Part shown: positions 37,163 to 46,002 of the stretch, in pieces | Layout: every line of letters starts with the position of its first letter | Numbering within the stretch: position 1 is the first letter of the stretch | From: an uncultured bacterium | Lineage (GTDB): Bacteria; Oederibacteriota; JAAXVQ01 | NCBI GenBank assembly: GCA_964593065.1 | Contig: CAZQGO010000009.1 | Location: 20,702-84,701, forward strand | Direction: 5' to 3' | DNA: 64,000 nucleotides | Notes under the pieces: model-generated | Seen by the model: the letters and a program-made list of their open reading frames with translations, nothing else | Told to the model about the DNA's origin: nothing | The model's database searches: none | Program-made: the position numbers and the translations under genes

Positions 37163-38380
37163 ATGAACCGGGGGCCGCGGGGGGCAGGCGCGCGGCGCCG
37201 CCTGCTGCCCCGGGTTGCCGCCTGCGCGGTTTGCCTGGGTATCCTGGCGCCGGGTTGGCCCGGCCTGGCGCAAAGCCAGTCCGGTCTGGTCGCCACCCTG
37301 GACGTGCGGCTGGAAGCCGGCGGCCACACGCAGCCGCTGGTCCTGCCGGCCTGGGAAGCCTCCGGCGATCTCTACCTGCCGTTGCAGGCGGCCGCGGAAT
37401 ACCTCGGCCTGGAATACGCCTGGTATGGAACCAAGAACAAAGCGGCGGTATGGACGGCCAGCGGTCACAAGGCCGTGCTGACGCTGGCCATGCCGACGGC
37501 GGTGGTGGACGGGCAAAGGATGATCCGCCTCCCGCGGCCGTTGAAATTCGTGCAGGGTGGCGTCGCCGTGACGCCCGAAACGCTGCTGGATCTCCTGCAG
37601 GCCCTGGGCGAAGAAAGCCTCCTGTATGTGCCCGAAAGCCGCACCTTAAAAGCCGCTGCCCCGGAGCACGCCGCCGGCCGCGCCCGCGTTCCCGCCCGCG
37701 TGGCGCCGGTTCCCTGGAAACTGCGGTGCGTGGTGGTCGATCCGGGGCACGGCGGCAGGGACCCGGGGGCCGTCGGCCCCAGCGGGCTGAAAGAGAAAAC
37801 CGTCACCCTGGAAATCGCCCGGCAGTTGGCGAAACTGCTGGAAGAACGGTGCGGCTGCGAGGTCATCCTGACGCGCAGCGACGATCGCTTCATCGCCTTG
37901 GACCAGCGCGCCCAGATCGCCAACGAAGCCAAGGCCGACCTCTTCGTTTCCATCCATGCCAACGCTTCCCGGGACCGCAAGGCCAGCGGCAGCCAGGTCT
38001 TCATCTACAACCGCGAGGCTTCCTCGGGCAAGGCCGCCGAAACGGCAGCGCTGGAGAACAGCGACAGCAACTACCTGGAAATGATCAAGGACGATCTCCG
38101 CCAGTCCGCACACGAGGCGGACAGCATCACCGCGGCGGGACTGATCAGCCAACAGCTGGAAAAACGCGGCCTGGATACGCGCCGCATCGAGCGGGCGCCG
38201 TTCTACGTTCTGGCCAAATCCCACATCCCGTCCATCCTGGTGGAAACGGCCTTCATCAGCCATCCCGGGGAGGAGCGGAAACTGCGCAGCCGGAGATTCT
38301 TGGCGGGGCTGGCCGCGGGCATTTTCACGGGCATCCAGGGATACGCGGCCGACAAGCGCCGGGGCACGATCGGACCCTGA
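37163..38380 (+). CDS. N-acetylmuramoyl-L-alanine amidase (Amidase_3) with signal peptide
   Basis: DPGHGG.D.GA, EK, SIHAN, LVETAF; N-terminal signal-like segment. Confidence 0.92.
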   Translation: MNRGPRGAGARRRLLPRVAACAVCLGILAPGWPGLAQSQSGLVATLDVRLEAGGHTQPLVLPAWEASGDLYLPLQAAAEYLGLEYAWYGTKNKAAVWTASGHKAVLTLAMPTAVVDGQRMIRLPRPLKFVQGGVAVTPETLLDLLQALGEESLLYVPESRTLKAAAPEHAAGRARVPARVAPVPWKLRCVVVDPGHGGRDPGAVGPSGLKEKTVTLEIARQLAKLLEERCGCEVILTRSDDRFIALDQRAQIANEAKADLFVSIHANASRDRKASGSQVFIYNREASSGKAAETAALENSDSNYLEMIKDDLRQSAHEADSITAAGLISQQLEKRGLDTRRIERAPFYVLAKSHIPSILVETAFISHPGEERKLRSRRFLAGLAAGIFTGIQGYAADKRRGTIGP

Positions 38381-38410
38381 TCCGGGCACGGCGGTCGCGG
38401 GCCAGGCGGG

Positions 38411-38440
38411 TTGACAAGCACCGGGAAAAAACCGTATAAT
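38411..38440 (+). promoter_or_regulatory. Consensus sigma70 promoter
   Basis: TTGACA-18 nt-TATAAT upstream of the beta-propeller gene and glgA. Confidence 0.85.
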
Positions 38441-38470
38441 CCCAAGCCGAAAGCGGAAAGGAGCTTATCC

Positions 38471-39556
38471 ATGCGCAAGCACTGGGGCACTTGGGTGATG
38501 GCTTGGGGTTTGCTGGTCTGCAGCGGCTGTGCCAGCGTGGCGGATCGGACCGGGGACGCGATGGAACCGTCCGGGAAAAATCAACCGTACGTGCAAAGGC
38601 GCATCCGCGTGGGCTTCAATCCCATCGGTGTGGCCGCCACCCCGGACGGGGATTTCGTCTACGTCACCAACAGCACGAGCAATTCGGTCTCCAAGATCGA
38701 CGCGCACACCCTGACGGTCGTGTCCACCATGCAACTGGCCGTGAGCCCCATCTGGATCGCCCTGGCGCCCCGCCTGGGGCTGGCGTGCGTGACTTCGCGC
38801 GACGGGCACGCCCTGGTCCTGCTGGACATTCAGGGTAATTACCAGGTGGCCAGCATCGACCTGCCCTATTCGCCGGAACAGGTCGCCGTCAGCCCGCTCC
38901 GGCCCGTGGCGTACGTCACCAACGGCAACGCCGCTTTTCTCACGGTGGTGGACCTGGCCAAGCGCAAGGTCATCCAGAACATTGCCGTCAACGGCGACAG
39001 CGTGGGCGTGGCGGTCACTCCGGACGATCAGTTCGTCTACGTCACGACCCGCAGCAGCGGGTACAACCTGATGGTGATCTCGACGAGCGACCACGGCGTG
39101 GTCACCCGGACCAACGCGGGCTCCGCGCCCGGCTCGATCGCCATGGCCCCGGACGGCAAGTACGCCTACGTGGCCAACCATGACTCGAACGATGTTTCGG
39201 TCATTCACATTCCCACCCACCATCCGGTTTTGGTGATTCCCGTCGGGCAGAACCCCCTCGACTTGAAAGTCACGCCCAGCGGGCGCTACGTGTATGTGAC
39301 CTGCACTTTGGACAGCGGGGTGTTCATCCTGGACACGGGCACCCATCAGACCGCTTTCCAGCTCTCCCTGGACGTCGCCCCCTGGGGCATCGACTTCGCT
39401 CCGGACGGGGCGCACGCCTTTGTCGCGAATTATCAGATGAAGCCCAATTCCGCCACCTACGACACTTCCCGGCCCAACCTGACTCTCGGCACCAGCGCCA
39501 CCCAGCGGGTGGACAACAACAATTTAATCGTCATCAACACCGGCCGCTTCCGGTAG
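38471..39556 (+). CDS. YVTN/YncE-type beta-propeller lipoprotein
   Basis: Lipobox-like CSGC; repeated PDG..YVTN/YVAN blades; start ATG 38471 after AAGGAG. Confidence 0.85.
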   Translation: MRKHWGTWVMAWGLLVCSGCASVADRTGDAMEPSGKNQPYVQRRIRVGFNPIGVAATPDGDFVYVTNSTSNSVSKIDAHTLTVVSTMQLAVSPIWIALAPRLGLACVTSRDGHALVLLDIQGNYQVASIDLPYSPEQVAVSPLRPVAYVTNGNAAFLTVVDLAKRKVIQNIAVNGDSVGVAVTPDDQFVYVTTRSSGYNLMVISTSDHGVVTRTNAGSAPGSIAMAPDGKYAYVANHDSNDVSVIHIPTHHPVLVIPVGQNPLDLKVTPSGRYVYVTCTLDSGVFILDTGTHQTAFQLSLDVAPWGIDFAPDGAHAFVANYQMKPNSATYDTSRPNLTLGTSATQRVDNNNLIVINTGRFR

Positions 39557-39607
39557 AAAGGCGACCGTCATCATTTTCCCGCCCGTTCCCAGGTTCCCGG
39601 ATCCGTC

Positions 39608-41068
39608 ATGCGCATAATCTTCGCCGCCTCCGAATGCGTGCCGTTCGCCAAAACCGGCGGATTGGCGGATGTGGTCGGCGCGCTGCCCAAAGCCCTGGCA
39701 CGCCTGGGGCACGAGGTGCAGGTGCTCCTGCCCCTCTACCGCCAGGCAAAGACCGCGGGGGTTCCCCTGGAACGCAGCGGCCTTGCCTTCGAGGTTCCAC
39801 TGGGTGCCGACCGGCTGAGCGTGGAGTGCTTCCGGTCCCAACTTCCCGGCAGCCGGGTCCCGGTGCAGTTCTTCCGCTTCGATCCTTTTTTCGACCGCGC
39901 CGCCCTGTACCGCACTGCGGAGGGGGATTACCCGGACAACGAGCGCCGCTATATTTTTTACTGCCGCGCCGTGCTGGAATGGGCCAAGCGCTCCGGGGCG
40001 GCCTGGGATATTTTCCACGCGCATGATTGGCACGCCGGTCTGATCCCGGTTTACCTGAAGACCCTCTATCGCTCCGAGCCCGCGGTCCGCGGCGCCCGGA
40101 GTTTGATCACCATCCACAATCTGGCCTACCAGGGGCTGTTTCCGCGCGAGACCCTGGATCTGGCCGGCCTGCCGAAATCCCTGTTTACATCCGAACGGCT
40201 GGAGTACTGGGGGCAGGTCAACTTTCTGAAGGCGGCCCTGGTTTTTTCGGACCGGCTCAACACCGTGTCGCCCACGTATGCGCGGGAAATCCAGGGCCCC
40301 GAAATGGGCTACGGCTTGGACGGCGTCTTGCGCAGCCGCCGGTCGGTCCTGAGCGGAATTTTAAACGGCATCGATCCGGAGGTTTGGGATCCGGAAACGG
40401 ACCGCACCCTGCCGCGGCATTACTCCGCCGCCCGCTGGGACGATAAGGCGAAATTGAAACAAGAGCTGCTGGAAAAGCAGCGGCTTTTCGCGTTGCCCCA
40501 GGCGCCCCTGCTGGGCATCATCAGCCGCTTGGATGACCAAAAGGGGTTCGACCTCTTGGCCGAGATCAGCGACTCCCTCCTGCGCATGAACTTGCAGCTG
40601 GTCTTGCTGGGCACGGGCCTGAAAAAATACCACGACTTTTTCCTGGGCTTGAAGGCCAAATACCCCCGGCGCATCGGGGTGAACCTCACCTTCGATGAAT
40701 CCCTGGCCCATTTGATCTATGCCGGCTCGGATATGTTTCTTATGCCCAGCAAATACGAGCCCTGCGGCTTAGGCCAGATGATCAGCTTGCGCTACGGCAC
40801 CCTGCCGGTGGTCCGGGAAACCGGAGGCTTGGCGGACACGGTTCGGGAAGGGGGCGGGGACGGCGGCAATGGTTTCACCTTCCGGGACTATACGGGCGAG
40901 GCGCTGCTCGCCTGCATCCGGCGCGCTTGCGGCGCCTATCAGGACCGCCGTCTGTGGCGGGAAAAAATGCGCACCGCCATGTCGGCGGACTATTCCTGGG
41001 AACGTTCCGCCCTGGCATACGAAGCACTCTACCGCCGGATGCTGGGCTCCGCTCCGGATCCGCTGTAA
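39608..41068 (+). CDS. glgA: Glycogen synthase
   Basis: KTGGLADV, HAHDWH, TIHNLAYQG, PSKYEPCGL, TGGLADTV. Confidence 0.96.
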   Translation: MRIIFAASECVPFAKTGGLADVVGALPKALARLGHEVQVLLPLYRQAKTAGVPLERSGLAFEVPLGADRLSVECFRSQLPGSRVPVQFFRFDPFFDRAALYRTAEGDYPDNERRYIFYCRAVLEWAKRSGAAWDIFHAHDWHAGLIPVYLKTLYRSEPAVRGARSLITIHNLAYQGLFPRETLDLAGLPKSLFTSERLEYWGQVNFLKAALVFSDRLNTVSPTYAREIQGPEMGYGLDGVLRSRRSVLSGILNGIDPEVWDPETDRTLPRHYSAARWDDKAKLKQELLEKQRLFALPQAPLLGIISRLDDQKGFDLLAEISDSLLRMNLQLVLLGTGLKKYHDFFLGLKAKYPRRIGVNLTFDESLAHLIYAGSDMFLMPSKYEPCGLGQMISLRYGTLPVVRETGGLADTVREGGGDGGNGFTFRDYTGEALLACIRRACGAYQDRRLWREKMRTAMSADYSWERSALAYEALYRRMLGSAPDPL

Positions 41069-41102
41069 TCCCCGGGCCCCATGCGCCGCCGGCAAATTTC
41101 AC

Positions 41103-41131
41103 TTGCATGTTGCGGGTTCTTCCGATATAAA
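41103..41131 (+). promoter_or_regulatory. tRNA promoter
   Basis: TTGCAT-17 nt-TATAAA, 15 nt upstream of the tRNA. Confidence 0.65.
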
Positions 41132-41146
41132 CGAGAGAACTTTTTC

Positions 41147-41222
41147 GTCCCCATCGTCTAGTGGCCTAGGACATCGCTCTTTCAAGGCGATGACACGGGT
41201 TCGAATCCCGTTGGGGACGCCA
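41147..41222 (+). tRNA. tRNA-Glu (TTC)
   Basis: 76 nt; GTCCCCA/TGGGGAC acceptor stem, TCGCT-CTTTCAA-GGCGA anticodon arm, GTTCGAATC T-loop, encoded CCA. Confidence 0.97.
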
Positions 41223-41373
41223 GATTTCCCGCCCGGGCCAACCGCGCTCCATCCTTTTCAAATCGCACGAGTGTCATGGGGAGGTGCCGGAGGGGATACC
41301 CTCCGGCTCCCTGGGGGGAGAAGCCTGCGCTGGGGCAGGCGCCAGAGGGGGAACACCCCCTCTGGGGAGCGGA

Positions 41374-41409
41374 GCGACGACACGGGTTCGAATCCCGTTG
41401 GGGACGCCA
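41374..41409 (+). repeat. Direct repeat of the tRNA-Glu 3' end (att-like copy 2)
   Basis: GCGACGACACGGGTTCGAATCCCGTTGGGGACGCCA, 35/36 identical to 41187..41222. Confidence 0.92.
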
Positions 41410-41423
41410 AATTAAATATATTT

Positions 41424-41464
41424 AAAGAAACCGCAGATAATCCTAGGCCACCGCGGTTTCTTTT
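41424..41464 (+). terminator. Probable terminator hairpin after the tRNA repeat
   Basis: AAAGAAACCGC / GCGGTTTCTTT stem with an 18-nt loop, ending in Ts. Confidence 0.5.
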
Positions 41465-41550
41465 GGTTCGGATGTAATTGCCTCTACGTCCCGAAAGATA
41501 CTAACTTTCAAACCCTTATATATTCTTGACATAATCCTGATAGATTTTCC

Positions 41551-41638
41551 TTTGCCGTCATACCGGCGTAAGCCGGTATCCAGTGTACATAATTGTAAAT
41601 GATTTTCTAGATTCCGGCTTAAAGCATGCCGGAATGAC
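41551..41638. repeat. Palindromic REP/dRS3-like pair (left and right arm)
   Basis: GTCATACCGGCGTAAGCCGGTATCCAG (41557-41583) and CTAGATTCCGGCTTAAAGCATGCCGGAATGAC (41607-41638). Confidence 0.85.
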
Positions 41639-41680
41639 GAATTACGGTACTGTCACCATGGTGAATGCTGTATTATTGCT

Positions 41681-41707
41681 GTCATACCGGCGAAAGCCGG
41701 GGTTTAG
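41681..41707 (+). repeat. Palindromic repeat, left arm
   Basis: GTCATACCGGCGAAAGCCGGGG directly upstream of the RBS of the 183-aa gene. Confidence 0.8.
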
Positions 41708-41727
41708 GGATTTATTAAGGAGGAAAA

Positions 41728-42279
41728 ATGATTCCTTCACAATCAAGTTCAATCAGACATTTGATAGATCAAATTAAAATCGCAAAAGAACTTTCAGATA
41801 TGCATGAACAGAAATGCTATATGTTATGCTTTGCGGGTGTTTTTATTGCTCTTGATATCTTATCGCAAGTTTATCTTCACCAGAATAAAAACAGTTACCA
41901 ATTTGAACAATTTAATGAAAGTGAAGAAAGATTTAAAGAATTTAATAATAAGATAACTAATTCAACTAACTCTAATGAAATATGTAAAAGCTACCCTGGG
42001 GTAATATTCCAGAACGGATTGAAAGGGCTTAAATTTAGTAATGATAAAGCTGTTATTAGTAAAATATATCAATTGAGATGTTCATTGCTACACAGATTTT
42101 CTACTAAGGACGGTTATAATATCAAGCCTGATAATTCAAAAACGGAGGAAATTATAGATAATGAAACCATTTATTTACCTGAAATCCTAACTTTTATAGA
42201 AACAAGCTATAACAATTTCGTTAGTCAGATGGGTGAGGATAAACTGAACCAAATAGTCGATACCTTATATTTTATCTGA
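41728..42279 (+). CDS. AT-rich hypothetical protein, HEPN-like
   Basis: Strong AAGGAGG RBS; helical; YQLRCSLLH fits the R-x4-H HEPN motif. Confidence 0.7.
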   Translation: MIPSQSSSIRHLIDQIKIAKELSDMHEQKCYMLCFAGVFIALDILSQVYLHQNKNSYQFEQFNESEERFKEFNNKITNSTNSNEICKSYPGVIFQNGLKGLKFSNDKAVISKIYQLRCSLLHRFSTKDGYNIKPDNSKTEEIIDNETIYLPEILTFIETSYNNFVSQMGEDKLNQIVDTLYFI

Positions 42280-42312
42280 TTGGATCCCGGCTTTCGCCGG
42301 GATGACGGCAAA
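42280..42312 (-). repeat. Palindromic repeat, right arm
   Basis: TTGGATCCCGGCTTTCGCCGGGATGACGGCAAA; its reverse complement matches 41551-41583 at 29/33 positions. Confidence 0.85.
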
Positions 42313-42391
42313 TTGGAAATACTTATTCAAAATCCCCAATTTAACCGCAATTTCCCTTGCCTTCCTCTTATCTAATATCTGCCAGTAGATT

Positions 42392-42458
42392 GTCACCACG
42401 GCGTAAACCCGGGCCTGGGGAAAAACCCGGATTCGGGCTTAAAGTCTACAAGAATGCC
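42392..42458. repeat. Degenerate palindromic repeat pair
   Basis: GTCACCACGGCGTAAACCCGG.. and CCGGATTCGGGCTTAAAGTCTACAAGAATGCC align with the 41557-41638 pair. Confidence 0.6.
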
Positions 42459-42483
42459 TAAAAAGATAAATTGATCGTATACG

Positions 42484-42774
42484 ATGGACAAGCAACCTTG
42501 CGTTTACATTCTTGCCAGCCGCCGAAATGGCACGCTCTATGTTGGCGTCACTTCTGATTTAATTAAACGCGTCTGGGAACATCAAAACGACCTTGCGGAA
42601 GGCTATACTAAGCGCTATTCCGTACACGATTTGGTTTGGTATGAAATTCACGAATCCATGGAAAGCGCAATATCACGGGAGAAGGCCATTAAGGAATGGA
42701 AAAGAAACTGGAAAATTCAATTAATTGAGAAAGAAAACCCAAATTGGCTCGACCTCTACGATTACTTCAACTGA
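42484..42774 (+). CDS. Short GIY-YIG nuclease (Ssn/SsnA-like family)
   Basis: VYILASRRNGTLYVGVTSDL..R..EH..LVWYE..AISREKAIK.WKRNWK..LIE..NP.W.DL; flanked by palindromic repeats. Confidence 0.92.
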   Translation: MDKQPCVYILASRRNGTLYVGVTSDLIKRVWEHQNDLAEGYTKRYSVHDLVWYEIHESMESAISREKAIKEWKRNWKIQLIEKENPNWLDLYDYFN

Positions 42775-42802
42775 CTGGATACCGGCTTTCACCGGTATGA
42801 CG
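42775..42802 (-). repeat. Palindromic repeat, right arm
   Basis: CTGGATACCGGCTTTCACCGGTATGACG immediately after the GIY-YIG stop codon. Confidence 0.85.
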
Positions 42803-42887
42803 ACATAAAGGCAAACCGGAAAGTCGTGGTTTGACGAGGTAAATCAAGGTGGGATTGCCGGCGCGGAAAATGCGGCAGGCCGGCCCC

Positions 42888-44252
42888 TCATTCCATCCCC
42901 GTTTCTTCCGAGGATTCCGGAAGCTGCTTTCCCAGGGACAGTTCCAGATTGATCAGCGCTTCGGCCGCGTCCATCTGCGCGCGGACGATGCCGGCGCGGG
43001 AGCGGAACAGATCCAGTTCCGCGTCCAGCACTTCGGTGCTGGTGTTGGTGCCGGCCTTCAAGCCCAGGGTGGCCAGCCTCACGCTTTCCTGGGATTTTTC
43101 CTCGGCCCGGAGCCGGGCCTGATATAGACTGGTGAAATATGCCCATTTGCGTTTCCAGGTTTTAAACTCGGTGGCGGCCCCCAGGAGCAATTGGCGGGAG
43201 GTTTGGGCGCTGGCTTGCGCCTGTTTGGAGGCTGCCTGCTCCCTGGCTAAGCTGGCGCCCCCGTCGAAAATGGCCCAGGTTAGCCTCGCACCCACCATAT
43301 AGGACATTTTGAAATCCTGCGTTTCCACCACGGACGGGTCGAAGGCCTTGTACCGGTAGTATTGATCTTCCGCGTACAGGGAAAGTTTCGGCCACCAGAA
43401 ACCGGAGGCCGCCTGTCCGGCCTGTTCCGCCGCGCGTTGACGCAGCAACTGGGCCCGCAGATCGTCCCGTTCCCGCAAAACGGGAGTGAGTCCCTCGGTC
43501 ATCAGGCCGGGTTGGGGCACGGGCAGGGAACCCGTCAAGGTCCGGTCGTCCGCCGGCAAACCCATGGCCAAAAACAGGTTTTCCCTGGCCAGGTCCACAT
43601 TGTTTTCGGCCAGGATCTTCTCGGCCCTTGCTTCCTCCAGCAGGGCCTCGATACGCAAAACATTAAAGCGGGTACTGGCGCCGCTGCGCTCACCGACCTG
43701 GGCGATCGCCAAGTGATCCTGCAAGGTGACGATATTCTGACTGGCGACTTGGAGCAGTTTCAGGGCCGCCAGAGCCTGGTAAAACCGCAGGCGGACGGTC
43801 TCTGCCACCTGGAAGCGGGCGCGGGACCATTCCGCCCGCCGGGCCTGATAATTCAAGTCGGCGGCCTGATAGGCGTGAACCGTGGCCAGACCGTCGAAAA
43901 TCATCCAGGAGACATCGAGATGAATGGTGGTGGAGGGTACGGCACTGGGGAATTCGAGGATCATGCCCTGAAAACGTTCCCCGGCATAAAGGTATTTTTG
44001 GTCCACGATCTGGTTGGCGGCGGCCGAGAGATGCGGCACGTGCCCCGAGGCGGCTTCGAGCCGTTTCCAGGCCGCGCCCTCCACTTCGGCCTGCAGCCCT
44101 TGGATGACCGGGCTGTTTTCCAGGCCTTGGTCAACGGCGGAAGAAACGGTCAGGGGATGGCCCGCGTCCGGAGGCGGAGATTCCGCGGCCCCAAGGCATG
44201 CGGCCGGCTGGAGGAGGATTCCCAACAAACCAAGGATGAGCTGTTTTTTCAT
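42888..44252 (-). CDS. TolC-family outer membrane efflux protein
   Basis: Signal peptide; two OEP repeats (WMIFDG, WAIFDGG); EVLDAE..L; downstream of the MFS and adaptor genes. Confidence 0.88.
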   Translation of the reverse strand: MKKQLILGLLGILLQPAACLGAAESPPPDAGHPLTVSSAVDQGLENSPVIQGLQAEVEGAAWKRLEAASGHVPHLSAAANQIVDQKYLYAGERFQGMILEFPSAVPSTTIHLDVSWMIFDGLATVHAYQAADLNYQARRAEWSRARFQVAETVRLRFYQALAALKLLQVASQNIVTLQDHLAIAQVGERSGASTRFNVLRIEALLEEARAEKILAENNVDLARENLFLAMGLPADDRTLTGSLPVPQPGLMTEGLTPVLRERDDLRAQLLRQRAAEQAGQAASGFWWPKLSLYAEDQYYRYKAFDPSVVETQDFKMSYMVGARLTWAIFDGGASLAREQAASKQAQASAQTSRQLLLGAATEFKTWKRKWAYFTSLYQARLRAEEKSQESVRLATLGLKAGTNTSTEVLDAELDLFRSRAGIVRAQMDAAEALINLELSLGKQLPESSEETGME

Positions 44253-44256
44253 GAGG

Positions 44257-45819
44257 TTACTCCAGGGGAATAAGTTCGTGTTCCTTATGGATCACGACTT
44301 TCAACGGCAGGAAAAGCGCCGGCACAATGGCGGCCAGAACGATGAGCATGCCGAATAGGAACACGTCTTGAAATCCGGCCACGGCCGAGGTTTGCCGGAC
44401 GTGGCCCAACAGCAGCGCCCGGGCAACGCCCAGGGCCTCGCGATGGCTGTGGCCCAGCCGGATGGCGAGGGCCGACGCCTGCTGGATGAAGTTCCGGACG
44501 GCGGGCCCCCAATGCACGGCGGCGCCCATGCTGCTGGCGTGAAATTGGGTCCGGATGGTCAGCACGGTGGTCAGGATCGCAATGCCCAAGGAACCGCCCA
44601 CCTGTTGCATCAGGGTCGACAGGGAAGACACGGTGGCGGCTTTCTTCCGGGGGGCGGCGTTCAGGGAGGCGGCCATGATCGGAGCCATCAGCAGCACCAG
44701 GCCGGCGCTGCGGATCATGGTGGGCCAAATGATGTCGAAGATGCGGGTGTTTACATTCAGGTTTCGCAATAGGTACATGAACCAGGCCACCAGGATCAAG
44801 CCGACAATCGAAGGGATCCGCGGCCCGATGCGATCCGCCATCCTTCCGACCATGGGGATGAGCAGCGCCATGGTCAAGGCGCCGGGCAGAAGAATCAGGC
44901 CCGTGGTCAACTCATCCAAGCCCATCAGGCGCTGCATGAAAACGGGCAGCAAAAAAGTGCTGCCGAACAAGGCCACGGCGCGCACGGCGTTCACCAGCAT
45001 GCAGATCGAAAACACGTGAGACTTGAACAACGACAAATCGATGATCCCCGCGGGCACCAGGCTTTCCACCAGCAGGAAGCCCCCCAGGCCCAGGAGGGCG
45101 AGAGTGAAACAGGACAGGATCAAAAGGGAAGTCCAGCCTTCCTGGTTGCCTTTGGAGAGCCCGAGCAAAAAGGCCACCAGGAACAGGGAGAGGAATAAGA
45201 ACCCCCACAGATCAAAGGGGCGTTGCTGGGAAGGGTGCGGGACGTCCCTGTTCAGCAAGCTGAAGGCGACCGCAAGACACAGCACGCCCACGGGAAGATT
45301 GACCATGAAAATAGAGCGCCAGCCCAGGGTGCGGGTCAAAAAACCGCCCAGGGTGGGACCGATGGCGGGAGCCATGATGATCCCCAGCCCCCAGTATCCC
45401 AAGGCCTGTCCGCGTTCACGCGGATCGAAAACATCCGAGATCATGGACATACCCGTGGGGGTGATTGCGCCGGCCCCAAATGCCTGGATGACGCGTGCGG
45501 CAATCAGGGTGGGCAAATTTACGGACAGGACGCAAAGCAGGGAACCCAGAGTGAACAAGGATATGGCGAAGAGATACAGGTATTTGTGCCCGATTTTGTC
45601 GCGGAACCAGCCGGTCAGGGGCATGAAGGTGGAAAAACTGAGCATGTATCCGGTCACGACCCACTGGATGTTATCCACCGTGGATCCGAAATCGGCCATA
45701 ATGACCGGGAGGGACACATTCACGATGCTGGAATCCAGGACGGCCATGAAAGTGCCGATCATGACCACCAGGAGCACCTGCCATTTGTAGCTGAAACGAT
45801 CCGCAAAGGTCTTAAGCAT
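44257..45819 (-). CDS. DHA2 (EmrB/QacA-type) MFS efflux transporter
   Basis: FMAVLDSSIVNVSLP, RVIQAFG, PAIGPTLGG, WRSIFMVNLPVG; about 14 TM. Confidence 0.93.
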   Translation of the reverse strand: MLKTFADRFSYKWQVLLVVMIGTFMAVLDSSIVNVSLPVIMADFGSTVDNIQWVVTGYMLSFSTFMPLTGWFRDKIGHKYLYLFAISLFTLGSLLCVLSVNLPTLIAARVIQAFGAGAITPTGMSMISDVFDPRERGQALGYWGLGIIMAPAIGPTLGGFLTRTLGWRSIFMVNLPVGVLCLAVAFSLLNRDVPHPSQQRPFDLWGFLFLSLFLVAFLLGLSKGNQEGWTSLLILSCFTLALLGLGGFLLVESLVPAGIIDLSLFKSHVFSICMLVNAVRAVALFGSTFLLPVFMQRLMGLDELTTGLILLPGALTMALLIPMVGRMADRIGPRIPSIVGLILVAWFMYLLRNLNVNTRIFDIIWPTMIRSAGLVLLMAPIMAASLNAAPRKKAATVSSLSTLMQQVGGSLGIAILTTVLTIRTQFHASSMGAAVHWGPAVRNFIQQASALAIRLGHSHREALGVARALLLGHVRQTSAVAGFQDVFLFGMLIVLAAIVPALFLPLKVVIHKEHELIPLE

Positions 45820-46002
45820 TTTCGTTTATCCCGATGGAATGAAACCGGCAAGACCATCCGCGCGCAGGCGGGGCGGGCTTGGTCCCGGCGATCCGACGGG
45901 CGCCAGCCGGGCGAAGGATCTGCAAGGAAGGACAGGCCGATTCGGCTCGTAAATTCCCGCGGCGAAGCCAGGCCCCCGGAACCTTAAACCGGAGGGCAAC
46001 CG

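Noticed and set aside
41374-41409. Second and third tRNA genes (also 47452..47490)
   Set aside because: Only the 3' half is present, with no D-arm or anticodon arm; treated as att-like repeats.
41551-42802. CRISPR array or classical integron
   Set aside because: Repeats alternate in orientation with irregular spacing; no cas or intI gene and no attC RYYYAAC/GTTRRRY ends seen.
45868-45882. 15-bp match GCGGGGCGGGCTTGG shared with 26020..26034
   Set aside because: Short, GC-rich and without flanking similarity; may be chance.
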